From IMG/VR virus record IMGVR_UViG_3300036760_000150, positions 1 through 64,000 of that record: 64,000 nt of DNA; one strand, 5' to 3'. The stretch comes from a virus. The notes beneath the pieces are model-generated. The model was not told where the DNA came from. It ran no database searches and was given only the letters and a program-made list of their open reading frames with translations. A program made the translations under genes and the position numbers. Every line of letters begins with the position of its first letter. Position 1 is the stretch's first letter. Positions 42,467 through 52,700 of this stretch are shown in pieces.

Positions 42467-45060
42467 CCATTAAAAGCACCAGATTTAGCATCCTCTAACA
42501 CCTTGGCGTCGTTCTCCATAGACTTGATGAATGCATCGACATCCTCAGACTTCTTGACGTCGCTTGACTCATCAAGGTATCCGATCAGATGGCCTACTGG
42601 TCTGCATCTACTACCGAACTTATCGAACATGTTAGAGTCACCATGGGTTAGACCTGCACCGTAGTCTGTTCTTGTGTGTATAGTTTGGTGCGTTATGTTG
42701 TCTCGTGATTTTATCACAGTGAGATGCAGAATCTCAAGTCTCTTGTCGTTGTTTGAGCGGTTAAGCGAGAGCATGTTTGCTATGTTCTGGCCGATGCCGT
42801 AGGACTCAGAGATAGAGTCTATGTCCAGGTACATATCACCTTCTGATGCTGACCTGTTAGCCTTGTACCCCTCTCTGTTTGTCTGAGCTGCCACAAGGCA
42901 GTGGGTCTTGAGTTCGCTGGCCAGCATGTTGAACGCATCGTAGATGTACGCCAACTCAACGCGAGATGTAACCTGTTGCTTAGACAACACCCTACTCTTG
43001 AGCTTGGCAGGGTAGTCATCTATGATGAGGTCGTAACCCTTACCAGTCTTAAGGCGTAGCTCTGAGTCTCGTTTCCTGATCTCTGCTACGACGTCTTCCA
43101 CATACATCTCCAAAGCCTTAGAGTAGTGTATGTAAGTCATGTGATCTTCGATGTACTTGCTGACCTCGTCTAGTATCTTTGCTGTGCCACTTGCAGACAT
43201 GGTGAGCAACTCCCTCTTGTTCATACCCATCATAGAGGCGAGTATAGTGCGACGTATCGATGTAGGTTTACCTTCATGAGTGATTAGAAGTACCTTTTTC
43301 CCTTGATATATTGCATGCCTAGCTATGGTAAGCATCAACGTTGTGTTATGTGTGACTGTAAAATCTCCCAGCAAAAAGAGATGATCACCGCCTAATTCAA
43401 ATCCATAATATTTTCCTTTTCCAACAAAATCAACCGAGAAGCCGCATGTTAATGGATTTTTCTTAGCATCTGATTTGTTTCGCTTGCGCTTAATGCGTAG
43501 TGGTAAGCAAGATACTGCTCCAGCAATAGTTAGTCTAAAGTAATTACCGGTAAAACCTATGGATTTAATAGTTTTAATTACATTTTTCATCGTTACTTTG
43601 AACCCCAAACTTCTAGCTAAAAATGCCACATTGTCGGCCAATATCTTTGATTTTTGTACGAAGTCGATGATTCCATTTGATATATATCCATCTGTATCTA
43701 TTAAACCGGCTAGAAGTTGTAGCCTCTGTTCTGTTGAACCAGTCAGGTATTGATGTGGTATGTGCTTGTTGTTTATAAGACCAAGGCCTCTTAGGGCTGT
43801 AAGAAATGGGTTGCCATGATGATTGTTAGATATGGCATACATTTTTGCCCTGCCACTGTTAGTGTTATTATTAATTGTAACATGACATCCTATCTCATCA
43901 GCATACGACGAAATTGCCTCTACAACTTCATTGTCCATAGTTGTAAATCTTGCCGAGTCACTATTACCATCACCAAGCCATAAACCTAATATGTACGGTG
44001 GTATTTCCAACCTTTTTTCTTTAAAATCAATAGCAGTTCTCCACATTCTACTACATCGTTTGAAATCACTACATTTTTGTAGATACTCATTCAATGATAT
44101 GTTCAATATATCGCCTTTCTTACGATAACCATTATTGTAACCTGCCTTTAAGCTCAGTACATGTACATCGTTGCATATCCAACTGATGCCACCAGCATTG
44201 GGCGTTATTTTATATAATGGTCCATAGCCAATTGTTGTACCAAGTACCAATCTTGGTTTCGAGTCTGGCCCCATTAATTGATCGCCCACGACAACATCTT
44301 GTACATTTTTTACAGTACCATCAAACATTAGTACCGGAGTATCTTTTCCTAAGCATTTTCCAGTGTTAGTCGGGGCCAAGATGGCGGTTGCCTCCCCTTT
44401 GAACATGCCACCCTTTATTATCTTGTCTTTCTTACCGTCACGCTCGATCTCTACGATGTTCCCCCCAAGTGCTCCGTCTAGCACAGAGCTGCCTGTGGAG
44501 ATGGCATTCTCCATGTCCTTGGCCTCATCTGCAAGCCAAAGCTCTGGGTTGATGAACCTGATCACCATGGCGTCATCTTCAAATGTAGCCTTCTCTATCT
44601 CCTGCAGACGCTCTTTGGTCTTGACGTAAGCGTCGTCGAACCCCTTGACCTTGAACAGGTTAGCTGCCCCCTGGATAGACTCCTTGAACAAAGATATGCG
44701 GATGAATCCTGTGAGGTAACGTCTCAAAGTTTCTAGATTGAATTTATGAGTACTCATCAAGCAGTTGGCAACTGTTGTCAAGTACTTCTCACGCTCAGTT
44801 AATGTGTGTTCAAGGAAGAACGGCTCACCCATAAGCTCGTCGACCGACTGTATGTATCGATGATGATGATCGTAGAACTTACATAGCTGGTCAAACACGG
44901 TGGCGACCAACGGGTCATAGGTGAACCACCCTGGTTTGATCTGCTCTTGACATTTCAAGAAGAAGAGTGACTCTCGTAGACACCAGCCTACTATAGCTTC
45001 TTGCTGTGTCTGCGAGAATGGCAGCACTGATATGTGGTCTTGTGCGTTTAAGGTCTTCAA
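42454..45060 (-). CDS. DnaB-like replicative helicase with intein
   Basis: Walker A APTNTGK|T split by the intein; LIIDDY, AAQTNR, SISESY, IKSR. Confidence 0.9.
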   Translation of the reverse strand: MKTLNAQDHISVLPFSQTQQEAIVGWCLRESLFFLKCQEQIKPGWFTYDPLVATVFDQLCKFYDHHHRYIQSVDELMGEPFFLEHTLTEREKYLTTVANCLMSTHKFNLETLRRYLTGFIRISLFKESIQGAANLFKVKGFDDAYVKTKERLQEIEKATFEDDAMVIRFINPELWLADEAKDMENAISTGSSVLDGALGGNIVEIERDGKKDKIIKGGMFKGEATAILAPTNTGKCLGKDTPVLMFDGTVKNVQDVVVGDQLMGPDSKPRLVLGTTIGYGPLYKITPNAGGISWICNDVHVLSLKAGYNNGYRKKGDILNISLNEYLQKCSDFKRCSRMWRTAIDFKEKRLEIPPYILGLWLGDGNSDSARFTTMDNEVVEAISSYADEIGCHVTINNNTNSGRAKMYAISNNHHGNPFLTALRGLGLINNKHIPHQYLTGSTEQRLQLLAGLIDTDGYISNGIIDFVQKSKILADNVAFLARSLGFKVTMKNVIKTIKSIGFTGNYFRLTIAGAVSCLPLRIKRKRNKSDAKKNPLTCGFSVDFVGKGKYYGFELGGDHLFLLGDFTVTHNTTLMLTIARHAIYQGKKVLLITHEGKPTSIRRTILASMMGMNKRELLTMSASGTAKILDEVSKYIEDHMTYIHYSKALEMYVEDVVAEIRKRDSELRLKTGKGYDLIIDDYPAKLKSRVLSKQQVTSRVELAYIYDAFNMLASELKTHCLVAAQTNREGYKANRSASEGDMYLDIDSISESYGIGQNIANMLSLNRSNNDKRLEILHLTVIKSRDNITHQTIHTRTDYGAGLTHGDSNMFDKFGSRCRPVGHLIGYLDESSDVKKSEDVDAFIKSMENDAKVLEDAKSGAFNGWSR
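43345..44355 (-). mobile_element. Intein with LAGLIDADG homing endonuclease (337 aa) in the helicase
   Basis: CLGKDTPV...FTVTHN|T; LGLWLGDG and LAGLIDTDG; AT-rich. Confidence 0.95.
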
Positions 45061-46052
45061 AGTCTTGTCCTGATGCTTGTCTTAGACTCCACGTGAACTA
45101 TCAACTCGTCACCTGTTATCAGCTGAGCCGACCTGAAGGCCACCTCACACTCCTCGTATGTGCAGTCTCCGAAGTCGTCTCTGTGTGATGGTATCTCTAC
45201 CATGAAACATCGCATAGATCTTCTCATAGGATCTACAGCAAGGTCTACCAACGATCTTACCTTGTCGTAAGCATCTCGGTCAAGTGCAAGGTACAAGTCT
45301 TTCACTCCAGTGTCTCGAAGAAGCTCGATCTGCCTCTTGCTCACCTCTTTGCCCATAGACGCTACGAAACCTCCAACGTTCTCGAACTTCAATGCAGAGA
45401 TCGGACCTTCAGCCAGCACGGCGTGGCCCGACCCAACTATGTTGTTGTGGAACATCAGCGTGTGCTCTTTCCAGTTACCAGGCATGTTGTACATCCTGTA
45501 CTGCTTATCGACCTTGTCTATCGCTCTGCCTTGCCATCCGTACAAGATGTTGTTCATAACGACCGGGAACACAACCCTTCTCATCATAGGTGAGTACAAA
45601 AAGCCGTACTTAATCATCATCTGACGAGTGACACCTCGTGACTCAAGGTACTTCGCTCCTTCTACTGCTTCTGGATCGTATATAGTGATGAAGTCAAGAG
45701 GTATGTCATCGCCGCTGGCAGGCTTGGCTGTGGATTCTTTGACCTTCTCGACATCAAACGACACTGGTATGTTATCTCCAGACTCTATCTTGGGCACCAC
45801 GTCGTAGATGGCTTCAGAGACCATGGATGTTGGTAGGCCGGATATGATGGAGAGTGCGTAAACTGGGTTACCACTCTTTGGGCAACGCTCAGAGTCACCT
45901 TTGAAACAGATCGTGCGACCTTCTGCTTTCTCTATGTAGAGTTTCTTCTTGCCGCCGCATGCTGGACAGTCGAATATGTAGCTGCGGTGGTTCTCACCCT
46001 GTGGTGATATGCCATGGTTGGATAAGAATATCGCGATAGACTGCTCTATCAT
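45057..46052 (-). CDS. DNA primase (zinc finger + TOPRIM)
   Basis: CPAC...CF...C; YLESRG; GWQGR; LAEGP; LALDRDA. Confidence 0.9.
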   Translation of the reverse strand: MIEQSIAIFLSNHGISPQGENHRSYIFDCPACGGKKKLYIEKAEGRTICFKGDSERCPKSGNPVYALSIISGLPTSMVSEAIYDVVPKIESGDNIPVSFDVEKVKESTAKPASGDDIPLDFITIYDPEAVEGAKYLESRGVTRQMMIKYGFLYSPMMRRVVFPVVMNNILYGWQGRAIDKVDKQYRMYNMPGNWKEHTLMFHNNIVGSGHAVLAEGPISALKFENVGGFVASMGKEVSKRQIELLRDTGVKDLYLALDRDAYDKVRSLVDLAVDPMRRSMRCFMVEIPSHRDDFGDCTYEECEVAFRSAQLITGDELIVHVESKTSIRTRL

Positions 46053-47104
46053 GAGATATCATTTTCTTGGATCTTCTTTACAAGTGAAGCTTGAAGGTCT
46101 ATATCTTCCTTCAGTGCTACTGCGAAGTTCTCTACTCCTTGCCATTTTTTATCGTTGTATTTAACCCATGCGCCTGCCGTCTCGATTATCCCCATGTTTA
46201 CCGCAAGTGTGGCTATCTCTTTATGTGGGTTGATCAACCCATCAGTATAGGATAGATCAATCTCTACTGCTCTGTTTTGAGGGCCGTTTGATGCTTCTTC
46301 CATCTTAACTCGGATCGTATGGCCAGTTTGTATAGGTCTGCCAGATCCGTCCAGCTTGTCACTGTCAAATGTCTTTGAGTCCTTACCGTTAACTTTCTCA
46401 ACCAACATCCAGTTCTCGATGAAGTGTTTGATACCTTTACCACCAGGGACATTGTACTGGATGAACTTTTGCGTATTAGCGTTCATGTTATCTCGTATAT
46501 GTTGGCAAGCTATCAAACCGATGTTGTACTTACGAAGTACAGGTAAGATCTCCTTGAACCCCTTTGGAAGGTAGGCTGCTGCATCGCCCATCTGGTTATC
46601 GGTGGTCAACTCAGCGTTAGCTTCTTTTGGGTACTTGATGCCAGCCAATGAGTCTATTATTATCAACTTGATAGGGTTGCCTACCTCAGGGTCATCTGTC
46701 TTCCTAAGTTTCATCTCATCTTGCACCATGGCTTGGACGTCTTTTCCTATGAAATCAAAGATCTCCTCAGGTTTGTTGGTCATGTAGTACTGCATCCTGG
46801 TTGGGTCGATACCAAAAGCTTTTGCCCAATGCTCTTGAGACTCAGGCCTGAACTCTGTGTCGAACTTAAGGACGATCGCCTCAGGGTCTAACTGATGTAG
46901 ACGCCCGGCAAACGCAAGACTGACCAACGACTTACCAGACTTAGGAGGACCGTACAAGAGCATGGAGTGACCAGCCTTGAGGCCAGCTTTCTTGCCGAAC
47001 AGGTAGTTGATACCAGGGCTACTTGTCTGTAGTATGGTATCTTTCTGCACGAAGTTCTTGATGTGTCCGTCATGTTTGAGCAAACGTTTCATCAGGTCTG
47101 ACAT
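46049..47104 (-). CDS. RecA/UvsX-like recombinase
   Basis: YGPPKSGKS, FDTE, IIIDSLA, PGGKGIKH, GAWVKY...WQG. Confidence 0.9.
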   Translation of the reverse strand: MSDLMKRLLKHDGHIKNFVQKDTILQTSSPGINYLFGKKAGLKAGHSMLLYGPPKSGKSLVSLAFAGRLHQLDPEAIVLKFDTEFRPESQEHWAKAFGIDPTRMQYYMTNKPEEIFDFIGKDVQAMVQDEMKLRKTDDPEVGNPIKLIIIDSLAGIKYPKEANAELTTDNQMGDAAAYLPKGFKEILPVLRKYNIGLIACQHIRDNMNANTQKFIQYNVPGGKGIKHFIENWMLVEKVNGKDSKTFDSDKLDGSGRPIQTGHTIRVKMEEASNGPQNRAVEIDLSYTDGLINPHKEIATLAVNMGIIETAGAWVKYNDKKWQGVENFAVALKEDIDLQASLVKKIQENDIS

Positions 47105-47116
47105 CGTCTATTCTCC

Positions 47117-47641
47117 TTACTTGTAACCTACCGGTGGACGAATGTCAGGTATCCTGGATTGCACGTCACTGATCTTCTTGACACTCTGGTACGCCCACTC
47201 GAACGCCTCTAGTTTGTTATTCAACAACGTCAAACAGGCGTCAATGGCGTGAACTCGTTGTTGAGCATTCATGACATCAGGGTCTAAGGCGAGGATCGCC
47301 TCCCTGATGTCGACGGAAGACTTGCTGATTCGTTTCTCGGCCAGTATCCTCTCGACCTTGTCTAACAAGACGACAGCCTTTGCCTCGTTCAACGACATCT
47401 TAGCCTCGGCAAGTTCAAGTTGTATAGATGCTACCATCTTGCCAAGTTGGATGAAACCTAAGTTGAAATCCGTTACAAGGTCTGGCATACTTGCTGGGTT
47501 AGCTATTCTGATTTCCTCGATACGACGTTCTACCTTGTATATCATAGTCATGTTCAAAGAAATAGGCGCCAATCCTTGGCGCCCTCGGGGGATCAGGAGG
47601 TATGGGGTACCTCCGTTGTCGCTTGGGTTGTCCATGGTCAT
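47117..47641 (-). CDS. Coiled-coil protein, possible UvsY-like recombination mediator
   Basis: Helical, located between SSB and RecA (positional inference). Confidence 0.45.
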   Translation of the reverse strand: MTMDNPSDNGGTPYLLIPRGRQGLAPISLNMTMIYKVERRIEEIRIANPASMPDLVTDFNLGFIQLGKMVASIQLELAEAKMSLNEAKAVVLLDKVERILAEKRISKSSVDIREAILALDPDVMNAQQRVHAIDACLTLLNNKLEAFEWAYQSVKKISDVQSRIPDIRPPVGYK

Positions 47642-48687
47642 CCTTTAAGAAAACTGTCGATTATCTCCTGAGAGGTTAGTAGCCTACTCTGAGGTGGTAC
47701 AGGTGTGGTAGGTGCCTGCGTTGTGGCAGCTGCTGGTGTAGTCGGAGCTGAAACTGTCGTGCTCTGCGTCGTAGTGGTGGTACTAGCAGTTGTCGCCGTT
47801 GCAGTAAGGCCAGTGGTTATACCAGCCATCTTCAAGGCTTCTGTGGTAGCAGCATCGATCGCTGAGTCATCATCTTCAGGACTATCTTCGACATCGTTGA
47901 CTGGGTTAGAGAACAGACGTTGTATGGTCGACTCGTCGCCTTTGGCTATCAATGCGATGTCTTCAAGAGAGAATGTCCTGAACAACATCGTGAGATCCTT
48001 AGCATCTTTCTCGATGCGACCAAGGTCATCGGCTGTTAGGTTGGATGTGATGTACTCCATCTTAGGAGTCCCCGTCTGACTGTCACGTGTGGTGATCGTA
48101 GCAGGGTCTACTGAGAATGTTGTGTCACGGTTCTTACCAGCCTTCCTGAAGTCAAGGAACAGACCGTTGGTGATACCGAAGGCGTTGTACCCGAACTCAT
48201 CTTTGAGCCTCTTGCGTGCAGCCTCAAGAGCAAGCCATTGTTTATGACCGATCTTCAAGACCTCTACAGTCTTCTCTCTCGTCATGACATTCATGTAGTA
48301 CTTCTTATCTGTGGACAAGTCTTTGAGTTTAGTCTCAAGAGCAAGGAGAGCGGCCTGGTGGCCAGGGCTGTTAGCGGCCCTCAAAGCTTCAACAGCGTTC
48401 TCCATAGCTTTCATCTTGTCACACATGGAGCATGCCTGAGTGATCACCTTCTTGCCGTTCTCAAACTTAGAAGCCTGTCCGCATGGAACCGGGATGTTCT
48501 TACCACTTTTAGACTTGGCAAATCCGTAGTGCACAACCCAGTACTGAGCTATCTTGTTCTGTTCAGCAAGTGATCCGAAAGGAGGTAGTACTCGGTACAC
48601 GTTACTTTGCTCTGGCTTCACGTAGTTGATCTTCGTCTTGATAAATTTTTGCCCTACTTTGTCTGGGTCGAAGTCTTTGAAACTCAC
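47638..48687 (-). CDS. gp32-like single-stranded DNA-binding protein
   Basis: YRVLPP...VHYGF...PC...CSMC...YYMNV; acidic and low-complexity tail. Confidence 0.75.
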   Translation of the reverse strand: MSFKDFDPDKVGQKFIKTKINYVKPEQSNVYRVLPPFGSLAEQNKIAQYWVVHYGFAKSKSGKNIPVPCGQASKFENGKKVITQACSMCDKMKAMENAVEALRAANSPGHQAALLALETKLKDLSTDKKYYMNVMTREKTVEVLKIGHKQWLALEAARKRLKDEFGYNAFGITNGLFLDFRKAGKNRDTTFSVDPATITTRDSQTGTPKMEYITSNLTADDLGRIEKDAKDLTMLFRTFSLEDIALIAKGDESTIQRLFSNPVNDVEDSPEDDDSAIDAATTEALKMAGITTGLTATATTASTTTTTQSTTVSAPTTPAAATTQAPTTPVPPQSRLLTSQEIIDSFLKG

Positions 48688-49448
48688 TGGTCACCTCTTT
48701 TGCTAAAAGCTTTCTTCAGATTTGTGTTCAACTCTTTGTCTGTAGTATCCTCTGTAACCAGGATCGCGTCAAGTCCAGAACCTTCTGTACCTATCAGTAC
48801 AGCAGTTCCGTTTAAACGTTCTCCAAGAGAGTACATCAAACCTTCCACGTTACTTTCAGGAACGTTGGTGACCAAGAAGTTGATCTTGTCGAACGCAGTG
48901 TTAGATCTGGCACCTTCAAACATCTCGTGTCTGAGTAAGATACTCTTGAGTTCGCCTTCGTATGTAGTCTCCATCCAGTCATTTAGTTTGTTAACTGCTG
49001 CGGCACGATCGACCACCTGGCCAAACTCTGTAGCAGAGACGGCCATAGACTCCATAGCTTGCACGTTAACCTTCTGTGCAAACAGATCTGTGATCAGGTT
49101 GTTGACCTGGTACTGGAAGTGTGTGTCGAACACGAACGGTTTAGAGTCATCTTTGAAGATGGTGTTTATGATCTGCTTCTCAAATGCGAGGAAGTCTAAG
49201 GTCACCACGTCTTTCATGGTAGCTAAGGCATCCAACTTCTTGGTGACGTCGTCTCTGACTATGATGACTCTGGAGTTCGACAAGATGGCCTCAACAAGTT
49301 GAGGTTCCATGATGTCCAGCCTCTGCTTGGCGCTGTTCTTGGCGCCTTGGGCAGTATAACGGACAGATGAAGATACTATCGCATCGATGTCGGTAGCTGC
49401 GATAGCCTTAAGTTGGTTGATATGTCCTCTTAGCTCTTCTATGTTCAT
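48684..49448 (-). CDS. hypothetical protein
   Basis: 254 aa, AAGGAG RBS. Confidence 0.75.
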   Translation of the reverse strand: MNIEELRGHINQLKAIAATDIDAIVSSSVRYTAQGAKNSAKQRLDIMEPQLVEAILSNSRVIIVRDDVTKKLDALATMKDVVTLDFLAFEKQIINTIFKDDSKPFVFDTHFQYQVNNLITDLFAQKVNVQAMESMAVSATEFGQVVDRAAAVNKLNDWMETTYEGELKSILLRHEMFEGARSNTAFDKINFLVTNVPESNVEGLMYSLGERLNGTAVLIGTEGSGLDAILVTEDTTDKELNTNLKKAFSKRGDQ

Positions 49449-49762
49449 GCTGTCTCCTTGTTACTTTCATCGTCTGTTGTAGCGGGAGGTTTGATATCGT
49501 TGTCGCTGAGGGCGGCTTTATAGCCAGCCTCAAAGGCGTCACGAGGTGTACGTTCAGCCCAACGGCGCTTCTCTCCAAGGTAGTTGTCGAACGCACGGGC
49601 TACAGGACGCTGCATAGATGTTAGTTTAGCGTACTTGTCGTACTCATCAGCGCTTATCTTCTTCAGCGCCTTGTCAAACATCTCTTTGGCGACCTCGTTC
49701 ATGTTCTCTCGTTCAGCCTGAGCTTCTTCACTTGTGTATAAGTTACCGTTTCTCGTGTCCAT
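49445..49762 (-). CDS. hypothetical protein
   Basis: 105 aa, GGGAG RBS. Confidence 0.7.
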   Translation of the reverse strand: MDTRNGNLYTSEEAQAERENMNEVAKEMFDKALKKISADEYDKYAKLTSMQRPVARAFDNYLGEKRRWAERTPRDAFEAGYKAALSDNDIKPPATTDDESNKETA

Positions 49763-49775
49763 CAGATCTCCCTCG

Positions 49776-52700
49776 TCAAGATATGCATATGACCTTCTTA
49801 GCTATAAGGTCACCGTCTTTCTTTTTCTGCAACACAAACAAGCATATACTACCTTTGATGTCTTTGTCAATGCCGTGGTGATCCTTCTTGTAGTCTGGGA
49901 ACTTCACGATGCCGTACACCTTAGGACCGATCTCTGCAGTTATCTTCATCATGGTCTTCTGTGTTGTGACAGACTTGTCTGAGGCAGACAGCCCGTTGTA
50001 CCTATGTTCCTTAGTTGTGTTTACATATCCAACTACAGCGAAGATATGTTTGTCTGTCCACCCACCACGATCTGACATGATAGACTGCTCTAGGAACCTG
50101 TGGTTGATGTATATCTTGCCGTCGATGTACCTATCTGAGTCTCTGTACTTGTAGAGTCCAGGCACTGTCCTGTCAGCCTCGATCAACTTCTCAGCAAGAA
50201 GTTTGTTGAGCGATAGGTTGTAGATGTCCTCGTTGTACACCTTGAACACGCTCTTCTTCATAAGGTATGCCTGGATGCTACTCATAGACAACAGCCAGCT
50301 TGGGGCCTCGTCTGGTGTCTTCTTACCTGCCAAAGCTGCCTTCTTGAACTCGTACTCTCTTATCTTATCGAAATGGTTAAAATTACTAGGGAACAATGAG
50401 TTCATAGCGTCCGCAAGTATGAGTTGATGCACGATGTCTTTTCGCATGATACGCCTGTCAACACGAGATAGGAAGTCGTCAAGGCTCTTGAACGGCCTCT
50501 TGGTCATCGCCTCGTTGACGCTGACCTCGCCTACGCCGTCGATCAGACCGAGTGGCGCTCTGACCTTCTCAACCCCATCGACGTTGACGATCTCAAAACG
50601 AGACCCAGATATGTTTATGTCAGGTAACAACACAAAGGACGACACATGAGGCCAGTACTTCTGTAGGTCTTCCTTGCTGGCGTTCGTCAAGACTGTGGTC
50701 CACCACTCAAGAGGGTAGTGCATCTTTAGGTACATACAGGCGTAGGCTACGTAGGCGTAGCTTGTAGCATGCGACTGGTTGAACGAGTAGCGAGCAGACG
50801 CCATGATCTGGTCGACCAACAGCTTGACCTGCCCCTCAGACCAGCCTTTGGCCAGACAACGTTGTTTTAGTATCTTAGTTGACTCGGCCAACACTTTGGC
50901 ATCTTTCTTACCGATACCACGTCGAACAGTCTCAGCCTCTTCGGCAGTGTACCCAGCTATGTCTTGGTAAATACGAATCGACTGCTCTTGGAACACGCAG
51001 GTTCCATACGTATCCTGTAGTATGGGCGCCATGTCAGGGTGTACATACTTTATCGGTTCACCTTTGGCTCTTGCCACATATACATCTGCAAGGGTTCGAC
51101 CGTCCATGTCAAGGGCATCCAACGTGCCTGGCCGAGCCAGAGCTGTGATGGCTGCCAGACCGTCTAAGTTTACAGGTTTGATCGACATCAGGAACGGTCG
51201 CACTACATCTGTGTCGAACTGGAACACAGTCTCAGTCTCACCGCGATGGAACAGCTTGTAAACTTCCTCTTCTTGTGGTAGGTTCCATGGGTCTATAGTT
51301 ACCCCTCTCCTGTTGTTTATCAGTCTCAGACAGCCTTGTATGTCACGCAGTGTGTTGAGACCAAGGAAGTCGTACTTGATCAAACCAGCCTTCTCTACTG
51401 ATTTAGGTGTGAAACCAGTGACCTTAACCGGCCCAACTTGTGTGATAGGTATGTAATCTTGAACAGGTTTATCTGCTATGACATAGCCACAATTATGAAC
51501 CAAAACACCATTGATCCTACCTGTAGAATATATTGGTTCGTTGAAATCATATACCTCCCGTAAACCTATGGAAAGTATTTTTTTATAAACAACAGGTTTA
51601 TAAAGTGGAGTTTTTCTGATATATTTTTTTGATCTATCTATAACAGATATTTGTTTCATTCTATTTTGTTTATAGTTTTGTATAAAAGAAATATGTTCAG
51701 AAAATTTAACAATCTCTTCTGGTGTACATATATTTAAACATATACTAGTTGTTGATTGATAATCTCCGTTGTTCCATTTTATAGATTTAGGTTGTTCAAT
51801 AGTACATCTAATTTTTATTCCAACAGCAGACAGCCATACAGCTATGTCGGATATAAGATCTAATTTAGATAATTTAATACCAACAACACGCCTAGTAGAT
51901 AATACAAAGCCGTTGGCACTCCATAGGCCAGACATAAATGAATCTTGAGCTTTTTTATTAAGTAACCAAAACCTACATGGTAATCTATTTTTAATAAAAC
52001 CCCAATTTTTAAGAAATGGCCATATACCAAAATGTACTTTATCAACACGATGGTCTTGCCAACTCTTACATAATATAGAATTACAAAAAGAGATAATTTT
52101 ATCTTTAGCTGCGTTATCTTTGTCTGGCGTAAAGCAAAGTGTAACTTGGCCGTTTTTATGTATCCATCCATCTCTTAAGAGCCATCCTACAGCGAATGCC
52201 TCATCATGGTTAACTACATCATCGCCATAATATTTATCTATCTGTTGATAATTAGCGAGCCTGTTAACCACATGTTGAGCTTCTACAGAAGAACCATCAG
52301 TCATCATATATCTATGATCTGGTGTGGTTACCACATTAACACCATTAGATAACACAACTCGTATGCAATCCTTAATCCCGGTTGACCATTTAGTGATCGG
52401 ATTTCCCTTTAAATTATCAGCCACACACAACATCTTAATACCATCGTTAGTTTCAACTAACATGTTAGCATCTATACAGGGATGCTGAGACTTCTGTCTG
52501 TTTATACCCAACATCTCCTGCGTCATCTCCCAGATCTTTGGTTTCTTCTGTATGTACTCTTTGAACTTCTCGTGGGTCTCTACCAACCCCTTGTGGTAGA
52601 CACCGTCGTCATCGGTGTGACCAAACACGAAGTCGTACTCAGGCAAGTTGTTTATGTTCTTGGGTATCATCTTGCAGATGGCCTCGGTCTCCTTGGAGAC